Of a stretch of DNA of 64,000 bases, positions 9,000 through 18,345 are shown in pieces. Numbering within the stretch: position 1 is the stretch's first letter; each line of letters begins with the position of its first letter. This stretch comes from Candidatus Binatia bacterium (lineage in GTDB: Bacteria; Desulfobacterota; Binatia; HRBIN30). Position numbers and translations under genes: made by a program. The stretch spans positions 174,021-238,020 of the forward strand of contig JBBRSP010000006.1 of assembly GCA_038245295.1 (NCBI GenBank), read 5' to 3'. The notes under the pieces are model-generated. The model saw only the letters and a program-made list of their open reading frames with translations, searched no databases and was not told where the DNA came from.

Positions 9000-9941
9000 T
9001 TAGTTGAGCGCCGCAGTCAGGAGCGATCCGCCGAAGCGTTCCATCTCGATGCGTCGCAGCGGTGCCAATGTTTGGGCCGCTCCGGTAAAGGCGTTGATGA
9101 TCCCGAACCGATTCGCCTCGGGGTCGCCAATGTAGCGTGCCATGATTTCATCGGTGAGCTTCTGGCTCATCTTGCGCTCTTCGGCGATATTCCGGATGAC
9201 GTCGAACGGATCAGCGATGGGCTCCTCCCTGGTCTTCAGGAATGCGTCGAGCACCTGGCTTGCTACCACGAAGCCGTCGCCAATCGCCTCGGCCATGCGG
9301 CGGGTGAGTTCGTTTGCCGTGAAGTGGATGTGCGCGTGCCGAAAGGCTTTCTCCTCGGCCACCACCAGGTCGTTCGTGCATGCTTTGCGGAACACGAACG
9401 GCTCGACCGACACGCTTCCCATGCCGACCTCGGAATTGCCAATCATGATGCCAGCCTTCAGGCCACTGGTGGGCTCGACCAACTCCTCGGAGACGATCTT
9501 TAAGAAGCAGTGGGTCTCTTCGAGCACAAACGACTTGATCCGAAGGGTGTCGCTTCTGAGCAGCTCTTCCACCGTCTCGGCGATCTGCCGGTTGTCGAAA
9601 GCGACGTACTCGCCGGAGAGGAAGGCGCGCACGTGAGCGGCTTTGCCGCGCAAGAGAAAAGCTCGTTCACTCATTCGTGAGAAGTCGAAGTTCGCTACCT
9701 TGGCTCTCATGTCGTTCGGCAGCCGCCGGTAGTACGCCACCGGGATACTGAGGCGTTCGCACATTTGACTCGTTGCGAGATCCGAGAGCGTCAAAGATTC
9801 CGGCGCAGGTCCTCCATTCTTCGCCAAGAGATCGCCGCGCTCACCGATCCAGAGCTGCGGGGTGGGCATCTTGCGATCCCATTTTCCGACGTCGTCAGCG
9901 GAGATCCGCGTGGCAACGTCATTCCAGGTTACTCGGTCCAT
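9000..9941 (-). CDS. DUF932-like phage/plasmid-associated protein
   Basis: Start MDRVTWNDV at 9941, with a perfect AAGGAGG RBS 7 nt upstream. The overall pattern (LTLSDLATSQMCERLSIPVAYY...) resembles DUF932 proteins of ICEs. Confidence 0.45.
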   Translation of the reverse strand: MDRVTWNDVATRISADDVGKWDRKMPTPQLWIGERGDLLAKNGGPAPESLTLSDLATSQMCERLSIPVAYYRRLPNDMRAKVANFDFSRMSERAFLLRGKAAHVRAFLSGEYVAFDNRQIAETVEELLRSDTLRIKSFVLEETHCFLKIVSEELVEPTSGLKAGIMIGNSEVGMGSVSVEPFVFRKACTNDLVVAEEKAFRHAHIHFTANELTRRMAEAIGDGFVVASQVLDAFLKTREEPIADPFDVIRNIAEERKMSQKLTDEIMARYIGDPEANRFGIINAFTGAAQTLAPLRRIEMERFGGSLLTAALN

Positions 9942-10263
9942 TGTTCTTTCCTCCTTTATTTGAACGATCTGGAGGGAAGCGTACGGCGAACGATGGATGC
10001 GTTGAAGAATGGTCCTTTTGCCGCTCGGGATCATGCCGCTTCTCTTGGCAAGTGAGGAGGTTGAGACACGAAGAGACAGGGAATTCTCGGCTGCTCACTT
10101 GTTGTCCTGTTGAACGGACATCCGCGTCTGAACCGTCCGCCTGGGCAGACAAGCCGTGCTGCGCCCTTGTCCATCAAACAATAACCGCCACCGAACTACA
10201 CAGGCGTAATTCTTGCTTCTAACGGAAGTCAAATTCTGGCTCGAATTAAAGGGGGCAAATTAA

Positions 10264-10746
10264 ATGTGGGCAAGACTGGCAGCGGTTATCTACTTCTTCT
10301 TGTCGCAAATCGGCGGGGGCGGGAGCCTACCTGCACAGAGCGGCATCGTCCTGAGCTGTGCGGGCGCCACGTGCACCCCGACATCTACGCGCACACGAAC
10401 GCCAACACGGACCCGGACACCGACCCCAACATGCACGGAAACACCGACGCCGATCGCAGAACCGGTGGTACACGCTGACATCGCGTGCTGGAAAACAGGC
10501 GTTCAGTGCTACGCCTGCAACCGGGGCCCGGACGACGCAACGATTCACGGTTTCGTTACGCCCGCGACAATGCCGGCGAGCCCCGACTTCTCGATCTCGT
10601 GTGGCAGTACGCTTTTCGTTTGGGCGGCGGATGGCGCCTCGGATCCGGCATCTGTCACCTGCCTCGTTTCAGTGGTGGGGAATGGACCGAAGAACATCAG
10701 TTGCGGAACGGTGCCGGTATCCTCCTGCGACTGTCTTGCGCCGTGA
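10264..10746 (+). CDS. Small secreted protein with a signal peptide and PT/RT-rich linker
   Basis: N-terminal hydrophobic segment, a TPTSTRTRTPTRTRTPTPTCTETPTP low-complexity tract and multiple Cys. Confidence 0.45.
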   Translation: MWARLAAVIYFFLSQIGGGGSLPAQSGIVLSCAGATCTPTSTRTRTPTRTRTPTPTCTETPTPIAEPVVHADIACWKTGVQCYACNRGPDDATIHGFVTPATMPASPDFSISCGSTLFVWAADGASDPASVTCLVSVVGNGPKNISCGTVPVSSCDCLAP

Positions 10747-10947
10747 CCATCAGAACTATCTCGTTGGGAAGCACACACTCACCGGCTCGCAAGAGCCGGT
10801 GAGGACTGCTCCGAACGAGACGCGTCGACAGACCATCGATCGGGAACGGTCGGACCCTGAAGTCGTGTCGCCGGTCTCAATTCCAAAGTAGCAGGAACGA
10901 GTCTACTACTTTGGAAAGCGCAAGGCTTTGCCAAAGCGGTGGACATT

Positions 10948-10980
10948 GGGTGACTTCAGGTGACTTTGGGTGACATTGAC
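10948..10980. repeat. Three GGTGAC motifs phased at 10 bp (iteron-like). Left arm of an inverted pair.
   Basis: GGGTGACTTCAGGTGACTTTGGGTGACATTGAC. The inverted partner at 11071-11100 has three GTCACC, also at 10-bp phasing. Confidence 0.7.
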
Positions 10981-11070
10981 CGGGCGGTGTCGACGGCACA
11001 CCACGCAGCATCCCGAGCTGCCGCGCTGATTCGTCGAGCCTCGGTGGCCACCTCTCCGCTTCCCATCCTG

Positions 11071-11100
11071 AAGTCACCCAAAGTCACCTAACGTCACCTG
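11071..11100. repeat. Three GTCACC motifs phased at 10 bp. Right arm of the inverted iteron pair. Overlaps the last codons of the helicase-like gene.
   Basis: AAGTCACCCAAAGTCACCTAACGTCACCTG. A GGTGGCCACC palindrome at about 11043 lies between the arms. Confidence 0.7.
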
Positions 11101-12438
11101 GTCGTCAGTTGGTGCTCGCTGCTCCGCGCCTTCGGCCAGGCCGTACTTCTCGCGCAGGCGCTGGAGCTTTGGGAAGTCTTCGAGGGCGATGACGTAGCTT
11201 CCTTGAACTCGTTGCGGCTTGAGACCAAGGCGCTTTCGTAGAATGCCGCCGATCCACTTGTTCGTCACCTTGCGCTCGTATTCGTCACCAAAGCGTTCCG
11301 TAAACTCGGTCGTGATCTCTTTGACAGAAAGACGCGACTCGGCGCTGAGAAGCAACAGTTCATTGATGACGTCGACCACTTGCGCCTCGGTGCTCATCCC
11401 TCGCTCGGAAACGGTATCGTGCTGATAGCGGTGCGCGAGCTCCGTGATTTCCAGACGAACGGCCGCATCGTCGATGATGCTGAGCAAAGGCACGAAGACC
11501 TGATTGAGACGCGGTTCGAGGCTCCGGTCGACGAACGCTTCGTTCGGACGGCATCGGGGTAAAGTCCGGAAACGGAACAGCAGGAGCTTGTTCCGCAGCG
11601 CACGTGCTTCATTCTCAAATGCTTCGGGAAGGCTGATCGGAATGTCCTCGCGCAACGGACGTTGCCCCATGTCTTCGGTCAGGCAGCGACTCTCAAGAGC
11701 GTTGTCTTCAAAGAAGCCGCGGGTAGCGATAATCTTCGGCCCAAACACCGCATAGGCGCGCGGGTTGAATTCGCCCTTGCCGTTCGCCTCGCTCCTGAGC
11801 ACGGGGAAGCCCCGGCCGTTCCCGTTGTTGAGGATCTTGACGACTTCAGCCTTCGCGTCGGTCTGGCGCCAATCGCTCTCGTCGACGACGAGAGTGCCGC
11901 GAAAGGTGTCGATCAGCCGAAAGATTGGCGAGACGGTTGAGGCGCCACTGGCGAAGATTGGTTTGTAGCAGAGCGATCCGACGGTCAGGAGAAACCGGCT
12001 TTTGCCGCTGCCGGCGTCACCGCGGACGCGAAGGTATGGCAGCTCGTTGAACCGATCGTAGACCCACGTGAAGAGGATGTAGTAGCTCGCGATCTGTTCA
12101 TAGATCGGGCTCAGATCAACGTAGCGATGCAGAAACGCCTGGAGTTCGTGGATCAAGTCAGACTCTGCACCGTACTCCTCGGGCGCAGACGGAAACATCA
12201 CGACGCGATGTTTCACGAGGTTGTTGCTGGCGGCGTAGGGCACGAGAGTCTCGGAGGCACTGAGTTCAACGCGGGGCTGTTCGTGCCACGTGCCGTCGTT
12301 CCACACGGCGAAGGACGTCGAGACCTTCTCAGGGTCGTAGACCATTTCCACGACTCGCCCATCGGCAAGCACCGCAGATACGGCCGGGACGCCGCGCGAG
12401 GTGGTCGGCTCTTGTTTGTCAAGCTGCTTCTCGTCCAT
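11074..12438 (-). CDS. P-loop NTPase, putative replicative helicase-like protein of the element
   Basis: Walker A RGDAGSGKSRFL and Walker B-like TLVVDESDW. Lies immediately downstream of the TOPRIM/zf-CHC2 primase gene and overlaps it. Confidence 0.5.
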   Translation of the reverse strand: MDEKQLDKQEPTTSRGVPAVSAVLADGRVVEMVYDPEKVSTSFAVWNDGTWHEQPRVELSASETLVPYAASNNLVKHRVVMFPSAPEEYGAESDLIHELQAFLHRYVDLSPIYEQIASYYILFTWVYDRFNELPYLRVRGDAGSGKSRFLLTVGSLCYKPIFASGASTVSPIFRLIDTFRGTLVVDESDWRQTDAKAEVVKILNNGNGRGFPVLRSEANGKGEFNPRAYAVFGPKIIATRGFFEDNALESRCLTEDMGQRPLREDIPISLPEAFENEARALRNKLLLFRFRTLPRCRPNEAFVDRSLEPRLNQVFVPLLSIIDDAAVRLEITELAHRYQHDTVSERGMSTEAQVVDVINELLLLSAESRLSVKEITTEFTERFGDEYERKVTNKWIGGILRKRLGLKPQRVQGSYVIALEDFPKLQRLREKYGLAEGAEQRAPTDDQVTLGDFG

Positions 12439-13498
12439 CGGTTTGAGAGTGAAGGTTTTCCAAAAACTCAAGCGCTTTCAGGAACGGTAACCGCTCGACG
12501 GCGATCACGAACGTGATCACGTCACCGTACCGGCCGCAGCCGTAGCAGCGGAACCGACCGGCCTCGGGGTACACCATGAGCGAGGGGTAGTGGTCTTCGT
12601 GGAAGGGGCACCGGCCACGCAGACTCGCGCCGGACGGGCGCAGTTGGATGTAGCGCTCGATCAGATCGCCAATGGGAACCGCCGCCTTTACGTCAGCAAC
12701 GCGACGACTCACTTCGTTGAAGGGACGCGAAAGACCAGACGACGGTATCACCGGTAGGGTCACGGGAAGCACGGGTACCGGCGTCGCTCGCTCAAGGAGC
12801 CCGAGAAAGTCTTCGCGCGTGTGTTGAAGTCGCACGAAGAAGTCGGTGATGTCACCGGCCGGACCCACCTCGTCGGGTAACTGGACGATTTTTGCATGTG
12901 GCAGGAATTGGCCGACGCGCAGCGCTCCAGCCCGGCCGGCGCCGTCGAGATCAAAGCAGAGGTAGATCTCCGGAATTGGTGCGAGATCATCAACCCACTC
13001 GGTACGGAGGGTACCCGCGCCACCGGTCGACGTCACGGCCGCGAAGCCGTGCGACTCCAAGACCAGTCGATCGAACTCGCCTTCGCAAATGATGAGGCGG
13101 CACGGTTTCGCGAGCACACGCTCCCAACCGTAGAGTTCTACTGACCCGCCGCGCGACGTCAGCATTTTTGGATCGTCGTTGCTGCCTTCCGGATCCCTCG
13201 CCAGTTTGAAGCAAACCACTTCGTCCAAGCGGTTGCGGATCGGAATCGTAATGCGCCGACCGTTCCAACCGAGCTGATGGAGTGTGATCACCTCGTCCGC
13301 GATACCGCGCGCCACAAGATACGTGCGAATGCGGTCGGGCAGCGCTTCGTGGTACCGAATGGCTTGGGCGCGAAGGTCGTCATGCATGATTCGCACGGTA
13401 CGACAGTCTACTACGTGGCCGAAGGCGGCGCGGTATGGCGACAACGGCAAGTCGGCCAGTCTTCGGTGCATTGAGGACGACGCGTAGGATGGACGCAT
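12419..13498 (-). CDS. Primase-like protein with a TOPRIM domain followed by a C-terminal CHC2 zinc finger
   Basis: TOPRIM motifs LIICEGEFD and CFDLDGAGR are mid-protein. The zf-CHC2 motif CPFHEDHYPSLMVYPEAGRFRCYGCGRYGDVITF is at the C-terminus. Confidence 0.6.
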   Translation of the reverse strand: MRPSYASSSMHRRLADLPLSPYRAAFGHVVDCRTVRIMHDDLRAQAIRYHEALPDRIRTYLVARGIADEVITLHQLGWNGRRITIPIRNRLDEVVCFKLARDPEGSNDDPKMLTSRGGSVELYGWERVLAKPCRLIICEGEFDRLVLESHGFAAVTSTGGAGTLRTEWVDDLAPIPEIYLCFDLDGAGRAGALRVGQFLPHAKIVQLPDEVGPAGDITDFFVRLQHTREDFLGLLERATPVPVLPVTLPVIPSSGLSRPFNEVSRRVADVKAAVPIGDLIERYIQLRPSGASLRGRCPFHEDHYPSLMVYPEAGRFRCYGCGRYGDVITFVIAVERLPFLKALEFLENLHSQTDGREAA

Positions 13499-13668
13499 GT
13501 CTACTCGCTTGCCTTACATTTCACGTCTTGAAGCGTGTCTTGAACCCCCAATCCCTGAGCGCTCAGCCGGGGTGCGATCTGGTCAACTTGCGCGAGTGGG
13601 TGGTACCCTGTGGGTACCCACGGGTGGCGGGCTAGCCTCCTCCCGGTGTTGCTCATCGACAACTTAAT

Positions 13669-13896
13669 ATGGCGGTTGAACGACGCGAACTGACTTCGCT
13701 CCGTCATCTCCTCACCCTAGGAGAGGTGGCGGAGTTTCTGCGCATCTCAAAAACCAGCGTCTATCGGCTCGTCGATCGGCGCGAACTTTCCTGCTGCCGT
13801 GTCGGTCGCAGCCTCAGGTTCACGATCCACGATGTAGATACCTACTTGCGTAGTCAACGCATCGGACCAACTGCCGCTGATCAAGACAACCTATGA
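13669..13896 (+). CDS. xis: Excisionase-family HTH DNA-binding protein
   Basis: LLTLGEVAEFLRISKTSVYRLVDRRELSCCRVGRSLRF matches the excisionase/AlpA-type HTH. Overlaps the integrase start by 4 nt. Confidence 0.6.
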   Translation: MAVERRELTSLRHLLTLGEVAEFLRISKTSVYRLVDRRELSCCRVGRSLRFTIHDVDTYLRSQRIGPTAADQDNL

Positions 13897-15080
13897 GCGC
13901 ACGGAAAATAGGACACTCCTGGTGGGTGGATTTCCGACACGCTCACCAGAGAATTAGAAAACGAAGTCCAGACAACAGTCGCGCTGGCGCTGCGGTATTC
14001 GAGGCGACGCTGCGCGGTCGCTTGGCTCGCGGAGAACCGCTGTTTCCAGCGGTGCACCGACCCCAGCCAAAGCCGCGCTTCGAAGTGTTCGCCTGGCACT
14101 GGTACGACGTCTATGTGAAGACCAACAACAAGCCGTCCGAGCAGCGGACGAAGCGAATAGTCCTCCGAAGGCACCTCGTACCGTGTTTTGGGAAGTCCGC
14201 TCTCGACGCGATCACGGCGCTCCACATCGAGCAATTCAAGGCGTCGCAACTTAAGTCGGGCCTTGCCCCAAAGACTGTCAACAACTCCCTAGCGATCCTT
14301 GGAAAATGCCTTCGAACCGCAGAAGAATGGGGCGAGGTTGTTCGCATGCCCAAGATCAAGCCGTTGCAGGTGCCGCCGCAGAAGTTCGACTTCCTGTCGG
14401 TCGAAGAAGCGAATCGGCTCATCCGCGCAGGGAACGATCCTCAGTGGCGAGCGATGGTCGTAGTCGCACTTCGAACCGGTCTCCGGCTCGGCGAGCTACT
14501 CGCGCTCGATTGGACAGATATCGATCTGGAAGCCTCGAGACTCACGGTACGGCGGTCGGTCTTCGGGAACCAGTTCGTTTCGCCGAAGAGCAACCGCATC
14601 CGGCACATTCCGCTCACAGATCAGACGCTACGGGTGCTCTGCGCGATCAAACAACCGGCCGGTCTTGTTTTCAAGCGCCGCGGTCCCGGACCTCTGAATC
14701 GTAAGACCCCAGCAAGAGTGATTTCGCTCCTTTGCACCGCAGCGGGCATTCGCCAAATCGGATGGCACGTCCTCCGACATACATTCGCCAGTCACCTGGC
14801 GATGGGCGGCGTTAGCATGAAGGCAATTCAGGAACTGCTTGGCCATTCAGACATTCGAACGACGATGCGCTACGCCCATCTGACTCCATCGATACTGCAG
14901 GACGCAGTGCGCGTTCTCGAGTCCGAGCCGACGCCAGCGGACACGCTTGTTGGGCAACCGGCGGGCAACGCTTTTGTAGCCGCCGTGGAGGACAAACAAA
15001 AACACCCCAGTATACGGGGCGTTTCTGCGGAATTTGTTGGCTCGGGAGGTGGGATTCGAAACGCCGGGCACGACGTTTGA
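13893..15080 (+). CDS. int: Tyrosine site-specific integrase
   Basis: C-terminal catalytic motifs HVLRHTFASHLAMGGVSMKAIQELLGHSDIRTTMRYAHL (R...HxxR...Y). Core-binding N-terminal domain present. Confidence 0.85.
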   Translation: MSARKIGHSWWVDFRHAHQRIRKRSPDNSRAGAAVFEATLRGRLARGEPLFPAVHRPQPKPRFEVFAWHWYDVYVKTNNKPSEQRTKRIVLRRHLVPCFGKSALDAITALHIEQFKASQLKSGLAPKTVNNSLAILGKCLRTAEEWGEVVRMPKIKPLQVPPQKFDFLSVEEANRLIRAGNDPQWRAMVVVALRTGLRLGELLALDWTDIDLEASRLTVRRSVFGNQFVSPKSNRIRHIPLTDQTLRVLCAIKQPAGLVFKRRGPGPLNRKTPARVISLLCTAAGIRQIGWHVLRHTFASHLAMGGVSMKAIQELLGHSDIRTTMRYAHLTPSILQDAVRVLESEPTPADTLVGQPAGNAFVAAVEDKQKHPSIRGVSAEFVGSGGGIRNAGHDV

Positions 15081-15272
15081 GAAGTACTGCAAATCAACAA
15101 CTATCGCGGTACGACATAGGTGATCATCATTTGCAGTGATCTGCACATGGAACACCCTGTCGCCACCATTTGTCACCTCGTGGGCAACAGATGGGCAACA
15201 CATCTGGGAGGGTGACGAATGCGGAATGCAAAGGGCGGAGCTACGGCTCCGTTCTTTGCATTCCGCGACGGA

Positions 15273-18260
15273 TTACGAGTGCTCGCCCGCTGAGGCGTCA
15301 CCAATTGCTTGCCCCCAACGAAGACGGTATCGGCGTTCGCGTTCCAGAAATGCACGCTCACCACCTTCGAGGATATCGCAAACAAGCCGGCGAATTGTCG
15401 GGTGCTCCAGCGATCCGCTTCGATACGACATCGTTGGCAGGCCACCTGTTGGACTGGACGTGACCGCCGCAACGATCACTTGGTCGACGTCGGCGTTGAC
15501 GACAAGGTTCGCGTTGTGGGTGACGATGATCACCTGTCGCCGCTTCCGAGCTTGGCGAAAGTGGGGCACCAACTCCCGGAACACGGAGTTCGGATCAAGG
15601 TTTTCTTCGGGTTGGTCGATGATCAATGGGCGTCGATCATGATGGTCGACCGCCAAATACAGAAGCAGGAGAACGATTCCGCGCGTTCCGGGCGATAGTT
15701 GCTCAATCGGCACACCGTCGTATTCAATACTGTAGCGAACTCGCAGATGATGGGTTCCGTAGAGCCATGCCCCGACTTGCTGGTTCCATCGAGGGCGGTT
15801 CTCGGTTGCAATAGTGCCGGGTCTGCCGGCAACGATGTCCTTACCGAAGTGCTCCCGAAAACCTTCTATCGCGCGCGCAACCTCTTCAGACGTGCCGCCC
15901 CGCCACGGTTTGAGCAGGTACATTTGTGCATGATTGGCGAGGGAACCTTGTCCTCGGAACTCTCCGGCATTTCGGAGGTCGAGCAACTGTTCTCCCTCCG
16001 ATGCCCACGAGACGATATCAACTGAGCGCTGGACGACGAACTTGAGCTTGCTTAGTGCACCCGTGGATTGATGAAAGGAGGCCGCCAGCGGGAGATAGAG
16101 GGTACGCAGCGCCTCCTCTTCTTCGACAAATGTGTCGACGACGCTGGTATACGTCTCCTTCCGTAGATCCAGTAGGGTTCGACGCCGCATGTCCGCCCCT
16201 TCGGCATGTTTAATCTCCTCGTGCAGCCGACCAAGCTTGAGATCGTTCTCGTTCACAGCTCGTTGGAGGATGTCGAAGGTTCTCTGCTTCCCAGCGTCGG
16301 CGCCTACGTCTTTCTTGAGCTGATCTCGATGTCGGCGGAGGACGATCACCGGCCAGTCTACCGTCGGTGGCAGTGTCTCGTTGACGACGAGACCAGGCTT
16401 GCCATTGATCAGGGAATCAATGGTTTGATCAAGTTCTTGTAGTTTCTTCGTAAGCAAAGCCGCCACGTCACCCTTGAACACCATCTGAAACAAGTCCCAA
16501 TCGGCCAACTCAAGACCGGCCGCGTTGAACCGACGTCGCATCTCCGACACTCGCGACGGCTCGTTCGCAAGAATGCGTTGCGTTTCTGCACGAAGGTCGT
16601 CCGCTGACTTCCTTCGTAGCCGCAAGTTCTCCACCTGCGCTTCCGCGGCTCGACATACTGTCTCGACGCGGGACAGCTCTCGGCCTCGCTCCTGCATTCC
16701 CTTTGGGAGGATCTGGCCTAGTTGTTTGCGGTCACTCTCCAGCTGCTTCTCCAAAACGACACATGCCTTCTTCTGGTCCGGTAACCGGTCCTTCAGCGAC
16801 TCCTCACGGGCAACCTCATCGGAGATCCTGTCAATTGCTTTCTGGAGTTCACCGCGTCGCTCCCTGATAGGATTGACCGCGGTGTCGACGAGTTGATCAA
16901 ACGACTCCGCTTCTAGACGGTCCGTAGGATCAGTCTCCAAGAAGACGAGTCGTTCCATTTCCTTCCGAAGCTCACTCGCCAGACCGGCCGAGGAGCACAG
17001 TTCCTCTACAAAGTGTTGCGACAAATACCGCGCGTTTTCGTCTTGGAGATCGTCGGTCTGCCAGGGAGGACCCAACGCTTTGGCCGCCGATGTCTCTCCG
17101 GAATACCACGTCAGTTGTACCTGTTCCTCGAGGAGTTGCTCTGCTGCGCGGTACAAGAACGACGACGCACCGGGTGAGTTCGTCATGGCACCGGCGCCGA
17201 CGGCGATGATATCCGCGAGGGCTGTCTTCCCCGATCCACGAGGGCCGATGATCGCGATCATTCCTTGGTTGAGATCAAGTGACTTGTTTTCGATCCATGG
17301 AGCACCGAAAATTTCCACGCGTGAAATGCATGACGAAGACGGCGGTGGAGTCGGCGGCTCTGCCCCTATCCAGACACGTTCCTCGGGCTCAAGAACCGCT
17401 TGACGCAACGCCTCGAAGGACAGGTCTCCCTTGATCCAGCAAAACCGATCTTGAGCTGGAGCAGCAACCAGGTCGAGTCGATGGGCGTCCGACCCATGGA
17501 GACACGGCTTCAGGCTTCCGAAGGTTTCCTCGATCCAGGCAGGAGGACTTCCCTCCTTCTGGCCGAGCCAAAACGTTCGCTCGCTCGGAGTCCCGGCAAA
17601 GATGACGTGCGCGGTACGTAGGATCTCCTGGCGAAACGAGGCGAACGAATCGTCATGTTGAATGCCAGCCGTTCCATCAGTGGAACTCGCGCAGGCAGCG
17701 ATCAAGCAGTTTTGCTGTAGCCAGTCGTCGCTTCGGAAGACTTGTTTTAGCTGCGCCAGCGAGACCTTGAATTGATTCGCGCCTTCACTCACGGCCGTCG
17801 CCCCGCTCACTCCTGGAATGTGTTTCTTGCCAAGTCTTGCCAGATCATCTCGAACGCAGGCGAAGGTTTCGCCGTCAACTTCAATGGTGAATCGACGAAG
17901 AGTGCGTTCGATACGCTCTTCGTGGTCGGAATCGAATGGTGAGAAGAGGAGATGGAGGTTGATGCCTGGTCCCTTCTCAGTTTTCACATCTAAGCGAACT
18001 TCGACGTTCGGGAAGAGAAGCTGAATGCCTGGCAATCGGCCTTCCGCTTTGCGCCGTCGGACTTCACGGTAGGTCTGGATTCCGAAGTAGTCCGTCACTC
18101 CGAGAGCGCTGATCAGCGGCGATGCATTCTCTAGTGCTTGTAGGTATCCTTCCCAATCGCCCCCGAACTCGTCGTTCAAAAGAGTGCCTGGCGCATGTAT
18201 ATGCGGATCCCAGCGGCGCCATTCGGAGCCGCGCGAGGTTTCAAGGTCGGGATGGTTCAT
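15273..18260 (-). CDS. PHP-domain (putative phosphoesterase/nuclease) fused to an SMC/Rad50/SbcC-like ABC ATPase with a coiled-coil insert
   Basis: N-terminus WDPHIHAPGT is PHP-like. Walker A IIGPRGSGKTALADII is at about residue 330. A ~350-aa coiled-coil region follows. ABC signature QLSPGTRG and Walker B/D-loop LIIDQPEENLD are near the C-terminus. Confidence 0.6.
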   Translation of the reverse strand: MNHPDLETSRGSEWRRWDPHIHAPGTLLNDEFGGDWEGYLQALENASPLISALGVTDYFGIQTYREVRRRKAEGRLPGIQLLFPNVEVRLDVKTEKGPGINLHLLFSPFDSDHEERIERTLRRFTIEVDGETFACVRDDLARLGKKHIPGVSGATAVSEGANQFKVSLAQLKQVFRSDDWLQQNCLIAACASSTDGTAGIQHDDSFASFRQEILRTAHVIFAGTPSERTFWLGQKEGSPPAWIEETFGSLKPCLHGSDAHRLDLVAAPAQDRFCWIKGDLSFEALRQAVLEPEERVWIGAEPPTPPPSSSCISRVEIFGAPWIENKSLDLNQGMIAIIGPRGSGKTALADIIAVGAGAMTNSPGASSFLYRAAEQLLEEQVQLTWYSGETSAAKALGPPWQTDDLQDENARYLSQHFVEELCSSAGLASELRKEMERLVFLETDPTDRLEAESFDQLVDTAVNPIRERRGELQKAIDRISDEVAREESLKDRLPDQKKACVVLEKQLESDRKQLGQILPKGMQERGRELSRVETVCRAAEAQVENLRLRRKSADDLRAETQRILANEPSRVSEMRRRFNAAGLELADWDLFQMVFKGDVAALLTKKLQELDQTIDSLINGKPGLVVNETLPPTVDWPVIVLRRHRDQLKKDVGADAGKQRTFDILQRAVNENDLKLGRLHEEIKHAEGADMRRRTLLDLRKETYTSVVDTFVEEEEALRTLYLPLAASFHQSTGALSKLKFVVQRSVDIVSWASEGEQLLDLRNAGEFRGQGSLANHAQMYLLKPWRGGTSEEVARAIEGFREHFGKDIVAGRPGTIATENRPRWNQQVGAWLYGTHHLRVRYSIEYDGVPIEQLSPGTRGIVLLLLYLAVDHHDRRPLIIDQPEENLDPNSVFRELVPHFRQARKRRQVIIVTHNANLVVNADVDQVIVAAVTSSPTGGLPTMSYRSGSLEHPTIRRLVCDILEGGERAFLERERRYRLRWGQAIGDASAGEHS

Positions 18261-18345
18261 AATTGTGAGAGGTTGGTGACCGAAGCCCCGGTCTTCAGAA
18301 GTTTAGCGCTCATCTTTATTTCCCCCTGCGTGGTATTTCACACCT

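Noticed and set aside
10264-10480. Tandem RTPT/TRTP repeat as a possible CRISPR-like or VNTR element
   Set aside because: It is a short codon-level low-complexity tract inside a secreted-protein gene. No spacer/repeat periodicity is present.
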